From Paraspadella gotoi (taxonomy: Eukaryota; Animalia; Chaetognatha), in the NCBI GenBank assembly GCA_051294375.1, contig JBJCIZ010000497.1, forward strand, positions 1 to 8,725: DNA of 8,725 nucleotides, given 5' to 3'. This document shows, in pieces, positions 7,558 through 8,725 of the stretch. The translations under genes were made by a program, and so were the position numbers. The notes under the pieces were generated by a model, which saw only the letters and a list, made by a program, of their open reading frames with translations, ran no database searches and was not told where the DNA came from. Positions within the stretch are counted from its first letter, which is position 1; each line of letters begins with the position of its first letter.

Positions 7558-7842
7558 ATCTATTCGGGATAATAGTTTTCTTTTTTTCTCCTCTCTCTTT
7601 CGGTTTTGTGTACCAACTCGTTTTTTGTTTCTTTCGCGGCTTCGCCACAACATTGGAGAAGTTGTTAATTTCGGTTGTCGCTCTTAATGACTTTTTTCAA
7701 ATGCTTTGGCAATTCATTCCCTGTGGAGGTTTACGTGAAAAAAAATTATTTTTGTTGGGCGTTTAACAAATGTTCAGACGGACACATTGGCAAATTAAGT
7801 CGCCAAATATTATTTAATTTATCATAGTTACTTAATTTATCT

Positions 7843-7870
7843 TTTATTTATTTATTTATTTAATTTATTT
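7843..7870. repeat. Degenerate (TTTA)n microsatellite in an AT-rich tract
   Basis: ttttattta tttatttatt taatttattt. Confidence 0.8.
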
Positions 7871-8101
7871 AACTATTCTTTTAACTGGCTTTACGACATT
7901 TGGGAAAAAAAAACCCTAGAGAGATCAGATAAGAAAATTTTTTATTTTTTTTTTTTTTTTAGATTTTTAAAAAAAACCTTATCATATTTTCCTTTCTTTA
8001 ACATGCCTTTAATTATAATTCTTTACTTAATTTGATAAAAAATTCCTTAACTTATTCCCTCCCCCGGAACACCTTGAACCCCCTTCCACATTCCACCCCA
8101 G

Positions 8102-8250
8102 TGTCCCGATGTCCCGCGAGATCTACCCCTCACCTCCCATGACGACATCTGCCCGAATCTACCGGCCAATCCCCTCTCCGCGGGAGAACATCAGCCGTCG
8201 ACATCGAAAGAGCGGGCCGTCAATCAGTTTTAACATCCCAAATACGTCAG
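8102..8250 (+). CDS. Candidate exon, Pro/Ser/Arg-rich, unknown protein
   Basis: GC-rich island in AT-rich DNA. Possible acceptor ccccAG (8100-8101) or start ATG at 8109. Open frame MSREIYPSPPMTTSARIYRPIPSPRENISRRHRKSGPSISFNIPNTS ends at a CAG|GTGAGT donor. Confidence 0.45.
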
Positions 8251-8344
8251 GTGAGTTTTGAGAGAGAGAGACGAGAGACAAACATGTCCATTATGTAATA
8301 AAACATATGTTGCTAAACTAACAAAATTTTTGTTTCTTTCCTAG
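8251..8344 (+). other. Spliceosomal GT-AG intron (94 bp)
   Basis: Donor CAG|GTGAGT, branch point ACTAAC at 8317-8322, pyrimidine tract tttttgtttctttcc, acceptor TAG|G at 8342-8345. All four signals are canonical and correctly spaced. Confidence 0.65.
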
Positions 8345-8350
8345 GAAAAA

Positions 8351-8450
8351 CAGTTTTTAAGGTCAACAACGATTTATTATTGGATATAAGTCGGACAAGT
8401 TTCAACTCTTTATTAAAAGTCTTCTTCAGCGATTTTTAACAATCAACAAT
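8351..8450 (-). mobile_element. Possible Penelope-like element pseudo-LTR remnant (boundaries approximate)
   Basis: Minimal hammerhead followed about 15 nt after the cleavage site by AATAAA (8378-8373). Such minimal hammerheads are known from PLE terminal repeats. No RT or GIY-YIG coding sequence is visible, so the assignment is inferred. Confidence 0.45.
8388..8435 (-). ncRNA. Minimal type I hammerhead ribozyme motif (Penelope-like-element type)
   Basis: Minus strand: aaaUCG-CUGAAGA (8429-8423)-A-GACUUUU aau AAAGAGUU (helix II, one bulged G)-GAAA (8403-8400)-C UU G-UC^CGActt. Both core boxes are intact, with a GUC cleavage triplet (cut between 8394 and 8393). Helix I is UCG/CGA, extendable across one mismatch; helix III is vestigial (ACUUGU). 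Confidence 0.8.
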
Positions 8451-8473
8451 TTTCTCTCTTTAACATTAGCTTT

Positions 8474-8505
<32 letters not shown>

Positions 8506-8640
8506 AGGGAGATTCCAACAAAGAATTTAGAAAGGACAGTGGTCAGATCTGAGGACAGGTGAAAGTAAGGGCAGGGAAGAAGATAAGGTTGGTTGAAACT
8601 TGAAAAAAATTGAGAGAGAGAGAGAGAGAAAGAGAGAGAA
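8474..8640. repeat. Two (GA)n tracts (8474-8505 and 8612-8640) flanking a purine-rich spacer
   Basis: Direct reading of the sequence. Confidence 0.9.
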
Positions 8641-8725
8641 GCAACAGAGGCAGAGAAAATAATTACATTTAGCAATATACAACATAATAATAAATGGAAA
8701 AACTTAATACTAAACTAGTAATAAC

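Noticed and set aside
8549-8567. CTGAGGA-caggt-GAAA-gta hammerhead-like boxes on the plus strand
   Set aside because: No helix II pairing and no helix I complementarity around the putative cleavage site.

Overview
Eukaryotic, probably metazoan, AT-rich genomic DNA from a draft assembly (25-N gap at 705-729). It is dominated by (GA/CT)n and (GAC/GTC)n microsatellites, which generate most of the listed ORFs as artefacts. No prokaryotic operon, CRISPR array, rRNA or intact tRNA is visible. Supportable content: (1) a minus-strand, intron-free reading frame from ATG 859 to beyond base 1, with an 18-bp coding minisatellite across the gap, a coiled-coil-like segment and two in-frame stops, probably a decayed retroelement gag/ORF1; (2) a minus-strand minimal type I hammerhead ribozyme motif at 8388-8435 of the Penelope-like-element kind, followed by AATAAA, lying antisense to a putative exon, with an inverted partial copy of its core at 8576-8602; (3) several short plus-strand exon candidates with canonical splice signals, including a very canonical intron at 8251-8344; (4) a probable decayed tRNA-derived SINE head at 4895-4960. 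No gene could be named. The hammerhead locus is the most interesting signal.
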